This document shows, piece after piece, positions 18,125-26,352 of a stretch of 64,000 nucleotides of DNA (its first letter is position 1; each line of letters starts with the position of its first letter). A program made the position numbers and the translations under genes. The stretch spans positions 1,920,001 to 1,984,000 of the forward strand of contig CAWBWI010000001.1 of NCBI GenBank assembly GCA_963792585.1, given 5' to 3'. Under the pieces are notes generated by a model. The model had not been told where the DNA came from. It did not search any database and saw only the letters and a list, made by a program, of their open reading frames with translations. This DNA comes from Candidatus Eiseniibacteriota bacterium (GTDB lineage: Bacteria > Eisenbacteria > RBG-16-71-46 > CAIMUX01 > VGJL01).

Positions 18125-18967
18125 TCAGTGAATACAGCCTAACCATAGCCGACCGAGTGCAGACTCCACCGCCTGGCGCAGCGGGGCTTCGGATTCAGGA
18201 GCAATCTGCACGCCCCAGCCTAGCAGAACGGGGTTTTGGCAAAAGTCGATCGGGTCATCTCTCAGCGGGTCCAGGACGACGGGATCACATCGCGGATCGT
18301 ATGATTGGCCGTTGCAGACTACTGGTCGCGTAAGAAGGGCGTAACGCAGAGACATGAGCAGGGACCAGCTCAAAGTGGCCTCGGTGCCCTCCTCGTACCC
18401 GGTGTCGGGCCCACCAATATCGACCATCTTGTTGTCTCCAGTAAGAGACTCTTTGATGATCTGGCCAAAGCAATGGGCCACTGCGTCGGCGACTTGGATG
18501 CCGACGCGGACACGGGAGTCCGCACCCGCATCTATTCGACTCTCCGCCAAGTAAGAGAACAGGCATCGCAGCCTCGCCGCCTCGGCGGACGACGAGAAGA
18601 TGCCCTGGTCGAAGACGAGAGCCGTGTTGGACGGGTCGATCCCATTGCGAACGAATGTGGATTGCACAGCCTGCAAGGCCTGTCGGCCTAGACGCGCCCG
18701 ACTGAAAGGCCCAAAGAAGACTGCCACGCTGGCGCGGCTGGCGGCGAGCCCCAGTAGGCGGCTTCTTGCGTCACGCATGCGCGGGTCGGAATCCATGCGA
18801 GCGCCACTCTTGAACTCTTCTCGTGGTGGGTCTAGGCCCGCTTCCCTCAATGCAAGTGTCACACGATCTTCAAACTCATCATCGGCGAAAACGAAAGCGG
18901 TGACAACGACGCCTAGTGAGTCGTAGATGCTCTCGTCTACAAAGCATTGAGTAGCGTTGGGCTTCAT
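18125..18967 (-). CDS. Cassette 5: DUF3800-like protein
   Basis: N-terminal FVDES, EFKS, VFDQG, IQVADAVA. Confidence 0.7.
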   Translation of the reverse strand: MKPNATQCFVDESIYDSLGVVVTAFVFADDEFEDRVTLALREAGLDPPREEFKSGARMDSDPRMRDARSRLLGLAASRASVAVFFGPFSRARLGRQALQAVQSTFVRNGIDPSNTALVFDQGIFSSSAEAARLRCLFSYLAESRIDAGADSRVRVGIQVADAVAHCFGQIIKESLTGDNKMVDIGGPDTGYEEGTEATLSWSLLMSLRYALLTRPVVCNGQSYDPRCDPVVLDPLRDDPIDFCQNPVLLGWGVQIAPESEAPLRQAVESALGRLWLGCIH

Positions 18968-18980
18968 CTTACCTCTGCTG

Positions 18981-19108
18981 CCATAAGGTTGCCCTTCGAG
19001 TCGCCTTCGGACCAAGCCGCGCGCAGCCCGGGGCGATGATCTTGCCCCATCCGGCATCCTACCGAGGCCGGGACGGCCCAGCGCGTCAGGTGAATGCGAC
19101 TGTTGGCC
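18981..19108 (-). repeat. attC-like site (128 bp)
   Basis: R'' GGCCAAC, CATTCACCTGACGCGCTGGGCCGTC; degenerate 3' arm. Confidence 0.75.
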
Positions 19109-19133
19109 GGGTCTTTCGTCGCGGAGGTCGGCG

Positions 19134-19355
19134 TCAATCCCGCTTCTCCTCAAGGTGAACCCCGCAGGTCTCCAACGCAGCTATGCGGCGACGGAGATCA
19201 CCGATCCGCAAGTCATTGCGCTCATGCAGGCCCGTGACCAACATGAGAAGCCCAGCGACGCTGCCGACGACATTTGTCCGGAAGCCGCAGAAAATGACCA
19301 TCCCGACACCGAGGACAATCAACACCGTGGAGATCGGCCACATGACACGGTTCAT
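19134..19355 (-). CDS. Cassette 4: small two-TM membrane protein
   Basis: AGGAGGAG RBS; two hydrophobic helices. Confidence 0.65.
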   Translation of the reverse strand: MNRVMWPISTVLIVLGVGMVIFCGFRTNVVGSVAGLLMLVTGLHERNDLRIGDLRRRIAALETCGVHLEEKRD

Positions 19356-19372
19356 TTTCTCCTCCTAGGTTC

Positions 19373-19488
19373 GTCCAAGGTTCACGACCTCCTGCGCCTC
19401 GGCCATCCCATCGCGCCGCTCCCGCCTTCCATGCCGCTCTGCCAGGGCCGTGACGGCCCAGCGCGGGAGGTGGGGGCGGCTGCTATAG
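19373..19488 (-). repeat. attC-like site (116 bp, internally deleted)
   Basis: Conserved GCGCTGGGCCGTCACGGCCCTGGCAGAG block; shares an internal variant with the 16943-17069 copy. Confidence 0.7.
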
Positions 19489-19500
19489 ATCATCCGGACC

Positions 19501-19989
19501 TCAGTCGCCCAGACCGCCCATGCCAGAAAACGCACGACCAATGATGTAGATGATCGTGGCGTCGACGACCAACCCTATCCCAAACCCAATCAGAACGACA
19601 TGAGGTGAAGATTTCATCTCCACCCACTCCACCCGCGTCGATGGAATTGAATGTGACTGCCAGCCCGTGCGAAGCAGCACCGCTTCATGGCTGGAACTGT
19701 CGGGCGACTCTGTGGGAATGGCGAGAAGCCTAGAGAATCCCTGGAATCGTCCGGTTACGGCCAACGTGTCGCGCTGTTTGATGATCACTGGCGCGCCCGG
19801 TTCTACTCGGTCCAATGATCTTACATCGCCTCTAGTTTTCCTATCCCTTGCAGCCTCATGCATATGCGCGACACTCGCACCGATCAAGGAGCAGCCGGAG
19901 TTCCCTGAAGCAAGACCGAACACCGGGAGTAGGACTGCCAGCCGCGAGATGCACCGGACTCTGCTGCCGACGGAGTCGATCGTCCGCAT
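19501..19989 (-). CDS. Cassette 3: exported or lipoprotein-like membrane protein
   Basis: Hydrophobic N-terminus with SGCS; C-terminal TM GFGIGLVVD; ATG lies within the R' core GTCATGC. Confidence 0.55.
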   Translation of the reverse strand: MRTIDSVGSRVRCISRLAVLLPVFGLASGNSGCSLIGASVAHMHEAARDRKTRGDVRSLDRVEPGAPVIIKQRDTLAVTGRFQGFSRLLAIPTESPDSSSHEAVLLRTGWQSHSIPSTRVEWVEMKSSPHVVLIGFGIGLVVDATIIYIIGRAFSGMGGLGD

Positions 19990-20116
19990 GACGGTTGCGT
20001 GACCTGCAACCCGAGGTTGCCGCATCCCTGGCAGCCCGAGGCGATAATCAGACTTTCTATGCTCCCCTGTCAGGGCCGTGATGGCCCAGCGCGTCAGGTG
20101 AATGCAGTAGTTACAC
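19986..20116 (-). repeat. attC-like site (131 bp)
   Basis: R'' GTGTAAC, CATTCACCTGACG...TGCAGGTCAC, R' GTCATGC. Confidence 0.8.
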
Positions 20117-20222
20117 AGCACGATGCGTACGCCCTCCGATGCGCCCCGTTACTTTGGGGCGCTGTAGGCGGTTTGCCACCTATTCGTGAGCTGATAGGTT
20201 AGAATCGGTCCTCCAACAAGTG

Positions 20223-20696
20223 TCAGTACTGAGAAGATCGCCACATCGCGACCGCTCGGGGAGTCGAAGCAGGGACCGTCGCAAACCTGGGTCGGCTCCT
20301 TTTCGCCAAAACCGCGACCGCCACGGAGCCGAGCACAATGCCCACTGGGATCCCGACGCCAAAGATCGCGAGCTTCGAAGGTGGGCGCTTCGTCCGGACT
20401 GCTATCAGTTGAGCGTCAGTCCGAATAGGCGACTCAGGCCAGATGGTGAGCAGGGATTCCGAGAGCTGCCATGTTCGTGGACGGTGCGAGAACTCCGACT
20501 TGAGACCACCGGCCTCGGAGAGGAATCGCAGTTCAAGGTGCTTTGCGTCACAGATCTTGTTCTGTGCAGTCTGCCCGATGCCTGAGAGCCGGTACGTCTG
20601 ACAGCGCGTGGAGTCAACTCCCGCAGTGTCCTTGGCCATTGCCTCCGAGGCACCGGCAGTAAGAAGAATCGAGATCCCCATGAACGCAAGCGTCAT
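20223..20696 (-). CDS. Cassette 2: exported protein with C-terminal TM
   Basis: Signal-like N-terminus; TM AIFGVGIPVGIVLGSVAVAVL. Confidence 0.5.
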   Translation of the reverse strand: MTLAFMGISILLTAGASEAMAKDTAGVDSTRCQTYRLSGIGQTAQNKICDAKHLELRFLSEAGGLKSEFSHRPRTWQLSESLLTIWPESPIRTDAQLIAVRTKRPPSKLAIFGVGIPVGIVLGSVAVAVLAKRSRPRFATVPASTPRAVAMWRSSQY

Positions 20697-20713
20697 GAAT
20701 GTGGCGATAGTCG

Positions 20714-20844
20714 GTGTAGCGATTGCATCAGCCGCGCGCTGACCCCGGCGCGGCCATGGCAGCCCGGGGTGATGGTCCGAGCTTCTATGCTTCTCTTCCA
20801 GGGCCGTGATGGGCCAGCGCGGGAGGGGGATGCGGCAGTCAGAC
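20714..20844 (-). repeat. attC-like site (131 bp)
   Basis: R'' GTCTGAC contains the upstream TGA stop; R' GCTACAC. Confidence 0.8.
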
Positions 20845-21603
20845 CCGCGTCGTTGTATCGTCATCAGGTTGCTCCGGCTCGAACTTGAACACGTTTGATC
20901 CGATCGTGTGACCCGACTCCCGACTCAACTGGACCTTCTCAAGAAACCGCCCGAGAGCCCTCGGACCGAAGGTCTTCATCCGGTGAATCTCCTGCGGTGA
21001 GAAGAGAGGTTCAGATAGAAGTGGGTCTGCGTATCCAGGGGGAAACCGAAGGAAACGGTAGAGGACGGCGATTGAGCGTGTGTCCAGTGGGGCTCTTGTG
21101 TTTCTTCCCCAGGCGAAGACATCGTCGGGATGCTCAGCAAAGTAGGTTTCCGGGAAGCCGTCGTCACTAGGTTGGAGAAGGCTGTGGAATCGTAACCTCC
21201 AGTCAATGAGCCTCTCCTCGTACACTCTTCGGTGGCTGGTTTCGAGGATCTCCTTGCTCAGTGCCTCGGATGCCTTCAAGAAGCGAGCCGCTGCAATCCA
21301 GTTCTCCCTGCGATTCGGAGGGGACGTTGACGCATCGCCTTGCGTGAGCACTTGGAATGCCCGTTCGAGGAGCTCCAGGCAATTGTCGAGGTAGTCTCGG
21401 GATCGAGCTCTGGCCAGGTTGAGAAGCAACGCTACAAGGGCGACACAGGCACCCGAGAGGACACCAAGGCCACCGAGGAGTGGCAGAACATCAGGAAGCC
21501 CAGCTCCCCCAGCGAACATGAAGATGACTAACGCAAGGATGAGCAGTCCAGCGAGCGCCAAAACGACGGTAGAGCCCCAAAGAAAACGTGAGAGCGTTTT
21601 CAT
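20839..21603 (-). CDS. Cassette 1: two-TM protein with helical cytoplasmic domain
   Basis: Two N-terminal TM helices; PPNRRENWIAAARFL. Confidence 0.7.
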   Translation of the reverse strand: MKTLSRFLWGSTVVLALAGLLILALVIFMFAGGAGLPDVLPLLGGLGVLSGACVALVALLLNLARARSRDYLDNCLELLERAFQVLTQGDASTSPPNRRENWIAAARFLKASEALSKEILETSHRRVYEERLIDWRLRFHSLLQPSDDGFPETYFAEHPDDVFAWGRNTRAPLDTRSIAVLYRFLRFPPGYADPLLSEPLFSPQEIHRMKTFGPRALGRFLEKVQLSRESGHTIGSNVFKFEPEQPDDDTTTRV

Positions 21604-21607
21604 GTCA

Positions 21608-21672
21608 ATCTGACGTTTGCCTCCCCCGACTTCGATGACGGGCGCGGCCCTGGCAGCCCGGGGCGATGGTCT
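21608..21672 (-). repeat. Partial attC-like site (3' half only)
   Basis: GACCATCGCCCCGGGCTGCCAGGGCCGCGCCCGTCATCG...AAC then GTCAGAT matches the 3' half of the family; the 5' half is absent. Confidence 0.7.
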
Positions 21673-21916
21673 AGGATTGCGGGGGGAGAGAAGGCTTGTC
21701 CAGCCCACTCGGGGCCGGACCGGAGCTCGAATCGGCTTGGCCACACGCGGCTCATCCTTCGTCCTCGCCTGGCTGGGTTATCTCGTTCGAGGTGGACACC
21801 TCGGGCACGCACGGAGTCGGGCCAGGCGCATCTATGGTAGCGCGAGAGGGGCGTCTTCGCAATGCGGACGAGGTATCCAGGAGAGACGACCGCCAGCCGA
21901 CTGAACCACCGCGCCC

Positions 21917-24034
21917 TCAACGGCCGAGGATGACTATTCTCCCCGTCCGGACCACTCCGGCTGTGAGCATGCGGACGAGGTAGACGCCTGCTGGGAGGGG
22001 TCGCCCGCTGCCATCGCTACCGTCCCAATCGACTGAATGCCGTCCTGCAGAGTGAGGCCCGAGCGAGAATCGGCGCACCACGCGGCCAGTGGCGTCGTAG
22101 ACTTCGAGATCAACGCCTGTCGCGGCCCGCGGCAGTTCATAGGTGAGAAGAGCAGGACCACCGCTCGGGTTGGGGGACGCGCTGACCGGCGAACCGGCCG
22201 CATCCTCTCCGGGCTCGCCGGCGAGGGCCAGCCTGCCCGGACAAGGGCCCCTCATCTCCGATGGGGGCGGAGCCACTATGGTGACATCTCGGGAGACCGC
22301 ATAGCTCCCGTTCCAGACGCTCGCGGCTATGGCCACGAAGTCGCCGTTCGGCTCCGGAATGTTGCACTCGCCTCGATCATTCGATCCCCACGCCACCATC
22401 GATCCGTCCACCATCAGACCGAGGCTGTGAGCACCTCCGCCAGCGATTGCCGTGAAGTGCGCGTTCGGCTCCGGAATGTCACATTGCCCATCGCTGTTAC
22501 TCCCCCATGCTACAATCGATCCATCCGCCTTTAGACCGAGGCTGTGGCCGCCTCCACCTGTGACCGCGATGAACCCGGTGTTCGGGGCCGGTACGTTGCA
22601 CTGACCCACCGAATTCTCCCCCCAGGCGATGATCGATCCGTTCCTCCTCAAGGCCAGGCTGTGCCACGCGCCTGCCGCGATCGCGATGAAGTCCTGGCTG
22701 GAATCCGGCACGTCGCACTGATGGAAGACATTGTTGCCCCATGCAAAGACGCGTCCATCCGACGTCAAACCCAGGCTGTGATCCTCGCCGGCATCGACGG
22801 CGACGAACCCCGTGTTGGGAGCAGGTGGATTGCATTGGTGATTGTAGTTGTACCCCCATCCGATGATCGAGCTATCGGACCGGATGGCGAGGCTATGATC
22901 TCCGCCCGCCGCAATTCCGATCGGGTCGTGCAGACCTTGTGGCACGTTGCACTGACCGTAGCCATTGTCACCCCAGGCGACGACCGTCCCATCGCGGCGA
23001 ACGCCGAGGCAGTGAGATCCGTGGCCCGTTACTGTCCGAAAGCCGGAGTTGGGAGCGGGCACGCGGTGACCCCAACCGGCTCCACCCCATGCCATAATCG
23101 ATCCGGGGGCGCGGGGTGCGCAGGTTGCCGAGAGGCAATCCGTCCCGATTCCCTGCCAGATCCCCGGCGAGTCGCATTCGGCGATCGTCGTCATCGTGCA
23201 GCTCCCGTCCGGAGAGCAGCACGCGCCGTCCGTGCAGGTGTTGAGGTCGCACGCAATTCCGGTCCCCTGCCACGCACCTCCCTGGTCGCTGCACTCGGTC
23301 TCGCTGATGATCCTGCACAGTCCGTGTTGGAGGCAGCATGCCCCTCCGGCATTGGTCAGGGGCCCGGAGAACTCCTGGCTTGCATCATATGCGACCCCAT
23401 CATCACCGAACGTCCAATCCGGATAGCCGAAGTAGGCGCTCCGGAACATGCTGTCGCATTCCTTGACGCTGACGGCCGCAAGCCGCCCTGCCTGGGGCGG
23501 GAAGCCGTGGTCGCGGAACTGCGCGCAGAACCAGTAGCGGACGCCGGGGACGAAGGTCAGCTCGACGGGGACGCTCCACTCGTAAACCGGGTACCATCCG
23601 CCCTGACAGCCTACGAACTCCTCGCGATAATCCGTGACCACGAAGCTCGCGATCAGCTCGCCAGGTCTGCAATTCGCATCCTCGAAGAACTCGAAATTGA
23701 AACCTGGCGTCGGGATCCCCGGATCGCACGCAACGGAGTTGTTATAGTAGCCGCCCCAGAACGTAACGCGTGTCACCAGACTGTCGCTCAAGATGAAGTC
23801 GTTGGCGATCTCCGTCTCGAGCCCAAACTGCAGGATCTGCTCGCTCGAGCCGATCAATCCCCATAGATCGGGAGGATCGGACCAGAGGACGTTTCGGGCT
23901 TCCCTCGCGAGTGGATGCGGCACCCCCAATCCAGGATGGAAAGGGGAAAGCGGTGGTTGGTTCGCCGGTCCCTTTGCAGAAGTCCCGCCGACAACTGCGA
24001 CGATCAGTAGCAACGCGAGTCCGATGGATTTCAC
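21917..24034 (-). CDS. Secreted RCC1-repeat protein with Cys-rich modules and C-terminal FlgD-Ig domain
   Basis: Signal peptide; GACC modules; about 6 AAGxxHSLxLxxDGxIxAWGxNxxGQC repeats; PNPS...WDGSDGSGRPLPAGVY. Confidence 0.85.
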   Translation of the reverse strand: MKSIGLALLLIVAVVGGTSAKGPANQPPLSPFHPGLGVPHPLAREARNVLWSDPPDLWGLIGSSEQILQFGLETEIANDFILSDSLVTRVTFWGGYYNNSVACDPGIPTPGFNFEFFEDANCRPGELIASFVVTDYREEFVGCQGGWYPVYEWSVPVELTFVPGVRYWFCAQFRDHGFPPQAGRLAAVSVKECDSMFRSAYFGYPDWTFGDDGVAYDASQEFSGPLTNAGGACCLQHGLCRIISETECSDQGGAWQGTGIACDLNTCTDGACCSPDGSCTMTTIAECDSPGIWQGIGTDCLSATCAPRAPGSIMAWGGAGWGHRVPAPNSGFRTVTGHGSHCLGVRRDGTVVAWGDNGYGQCNVPQGLHDPIGIAAGGDHSLAIRSDSSIIGWGYNYNHQCNPPAPNTGFVAVDAGEDHSLGLTSDGRVFAWGNNVFHQCDVPDSSQDFIAIAAGAWHSLALRRNGSIIAWGENSVGQCNVPAPNTGFIAVTGGGGHSLGLKADGSIVAWGSNSDGQCDIPEPNAHFTAIAGGGAHSLGLMVDGSMVAWGSNDRGECNIPEPNGDFVAIAASVWNGSYAVSRDVTIVAPPPSEMRGPCPGRLALAGEPGEDAAGSPVSASPNPSGGPALLTYELPRAATGVDLEVYDATGRVVRRFSLGPHSAGRHSVDWDGSDGSGRPLPAGVYLVRMLTAGVVRTGRIVILGR

Positions 24035-24191
24035 TTGCAGGCCTCCTTCGGGGGTCTCGGGAACTCAATCCCTCGCACGATCGCGATTCCGCCTTGGATA
24101 TCGGCCGGGGGTATGGCTGCATCGACCACGCCGATCGTCTGGCGGATCGGCATGTGGAAGCAAGCAAGACGGCCTATCGCTCTCCCTAGCA

Positions 24192-25490
24192 TCACCGGAA
24201 GCTGCTCTTGATCCGCCCCCAGGTGGTCGGCTGAACCGGCGTCGGCTCGCACGGATTCGGGTCGCAGGTGGTGCCGTTCCCCATGTAGTTTCCTCCCTGC
24301 TCGCCGCACGCTGACTGTCCAAGGACGAGGCACGATCCATCCACGAAGCAGCACGCGCCAGTCGGTGGCGTTCCGCAGCCTTGGCCCCGGGCACCGATCA
24401 GGCCGCAGTCGACGCCGTCAGGGTGGTTGCCAGGGAGACACGGCGACTGGCCGTCCAGGGTGTAGCCATCGTTCGCGGCATCGCAGAAGAGCGGGTCGGC
24501 CGAGATGTTGCCGCCAAGGTCATTGCCACAGACTGCGTTTCCGGTGGTATTCCCGTAGAAGTCACAGCAGCGGACCGTGACTGTTCCAGAACACTCCAAA
24601 GCCGAACCCTCGTGGAAGGCGATGATGATCCTGTTGAGGCCGATGTTCGAATCGATGATGGAAACCGCAGCGTTCTCACTCGTAAGCGCGTTTCTTGCCA
24701 CCGTACAGCCCGAGATCGTACCGGAGCTGAGCACGACAGTGAGACTGGTGATGCCGCCCCACCAATCGTTCCGGTTGTCGACGAACAGACAGTCCTCGAT
24801 GGTCAGCGCGGGCGTATGGACGAGGAGTCCCGCAGGATTACCGAATCCTGCGATGTTCCTGGCGAAGACGCAGCGCAGGATGGTCACCTCCGGCCCATCC
24901 GCCCACATCGCCAACCTGTCGTTGTCAGTGACGACGGTGTCGGTCATGGTGAGCCTGCATCCGCTTGGAGCCCAGATCCCCCCTCCTTGATAGGCCGTGC
25001 AGTTCCGAACCGTGCATCCCTCAATCAAAATCGTTGAGTTCTGGACAAGGATGCCGCCTCCGCTTGCGCTCGCGCTGCAGTCCTCGATGAGGCAGTCACG
25101 GATTGTCATCCGGGAGTCGCGGCACCGGAGTCCTCCTCCCTCTCGATCCTCGTACTCACCCGACTCGACCAATCCATGAACGATCCTGAATCCCTCGATG
25201 ATCGCATCCTGTTGGAGGCCAGCCGAATCGAATCCCCGACCGGCTGACGCTGCATCGACGGTCGTGGCTTCTGCCCCTTGCTCGCTGTGAACCCAGATCC
25301 CGGCCTTCATGACGATATCGTGCTCGAGATACTCCCCCGGCGCGACCAGCACATCATCTCCTGCTGAAGCCGCGTTGATCCCTGCCTGGATGGTGGGAGC
25401 ATCCCCCGGAACGTGCCAGGTGGCTCCGGCAGCGGGAACCGTGATCACGAGCGTGAGACACATGCAGGGCAGGGTCGGTAAGCGTTTCAT
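24192..25490 (-). CDS. Secreted right-handed beta-helix protein
   Basis: VPGDAPTIQAGINAASAGDDVLVAPGEY, GGG repeats, NISADPLFC, C-terminal TTWGRIKSSFR. Confidence 0.85.
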   Translation of the reverse strand: MKRLPTLPCMCLTLVITVPAAGATWHVPGDAPTIQAGINAASAGDDVLVAPGEYLEHDIVMKAGIWVHSEQGAEATTVDAASAGRGFDSAGLQQDAIIEGFRIVHGLVESGEYEDREGGGLRCRDSRMTIRDCLIEDCSASASGGGILVQNSTILIEGCTVRNCTAYQGGGIWAPSGCRLTMTDTVVTDNDRLAMWADGPEVTILRCVFARNIAGFGNPAGLLVHTPALTIEDCLFVDNRNDWWGGITSLTVVLSSGTISGCTVARNALTSENAAVSIIDSNIGLNRIIIAFHEGSALECSGTVTVRCCDFYGNTTGNAVCGNDLGGNISADPLFCDAANDGYTLDGQSPCLPGNHPDGVDCGLIGARGQGCGTPPTGACCFVDGSCLVLGQSACGEQGGNYMGNGTTCDPNPCEPTPVQPTTWGRIKSSFR

Positions 25491-26061
25491 CTGAGTCCTC
25501 CCAGGGAGGTACATTCCGCGAAAACCCCTTCGTCCGCACAGATTCGCGCCGTTCTCATGATACGCTCGACAGCCTCATTGGAACACTTCTATCGGCTCGG
25601 CTAATCTTCCACCGGACGGTCGTCAGCGATATCGTGCTCCCCCTTGCCGCGTAAGCAGTGGGGTGCTCCCGCGGCCTGCGAGTCCGGTCGGGCAAAAGCT
25701 GGTGGGTCATCACCAGCCGCGACCCTCGTCTGTGTCCGGCATCCCCACCTTCGCTCGCCTTGGGGTAGTCCGCGACCCCGTCCCCTGCAATCCCCGCGCG
25801 CCTGCACCCACGCCCGGCATGTCGCGATCGCATGGGCGTTCACCATGAGAACGCAGTTTCGTGAAGCGTGCGCTCTGGTACCCCGGAGCGAACCGCGTCG
25901 TTCACCACTGCGGGGGAGAGAATCAAGAAGGAGAGAGTTTCGGCCTCTCACGCCCCGTTTCGTGGCGGTTCCCACCGGTTGCACTCGACACACTTTCGAA
26001 ATAGAGAATCAGCTTCGCGGCGACGTCGTCGCAACACGCTCGCGTTTCTGCGGATATAGAC

Positions 26062-26091
26062 GAGCCCCGATGGCATACACCACCGAGGCTC
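26062..26091 (-). terminator. Strong hairpin, terminator-like (weak U tract)
   Basis: 12-bp stem GAGCCTCGGTGG/CCATCGGGGCTC; two pairs are G-U only on the minus strand. Confidence 0.45.
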
Positions 26092-26352
26092 CGTCAACCG
26101 CTCTCGGCACGATAAGCTCGTAGCCTGGTTGTCTGGCTCCCCGCTCCTACCGCGAACCTGGACCCTTCCGGTGAACGCTCCAGACTTGCATCATGGCTTC
26201 AGAACGATGTCCTTCCTCGCTCTCTCCCGATTGCGCAGAACAGAATCACCACCAAGTCCATTGATCATTGATCCATGTGCGTGCTCAGGCGTTCAAGGGT
26301 GATCGTCTGTCCCTCCGGCAACGCCGCACCGCAGACAAGGGCCACGCCCCGT

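Larger units (their letters stand above)
13384..21672 (-). mobile_element. Integron-type gene cassette array with 10 cassettes and no adjacent integrase (CALIN-like)
   Basis: Ten co-oriented ORFs each bounded by an attC-like repeat; stop codons inside or near R'' cores; cassette-start cores complementary to their own R'' in most cassettes. Confidence 0.85.

Noticed and set aside
14609..21672. Intergenic repeats as a CRISPR array or REP elements
   Set aside because: Repeats are about 131 bp, diverged and separated by whole genes. No cas genes are present, and the R/L box architecture fits attC.
21862..21982. 14-bp direct repeat ATGCGGACGAGGTA
   Set aside because: One copy is inside a CDS and no element lies between them; a chance match or small duplication
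22300..23100. About 120-bp DNA repeats
   Set aside because: Explained by RCC1 protein repeats
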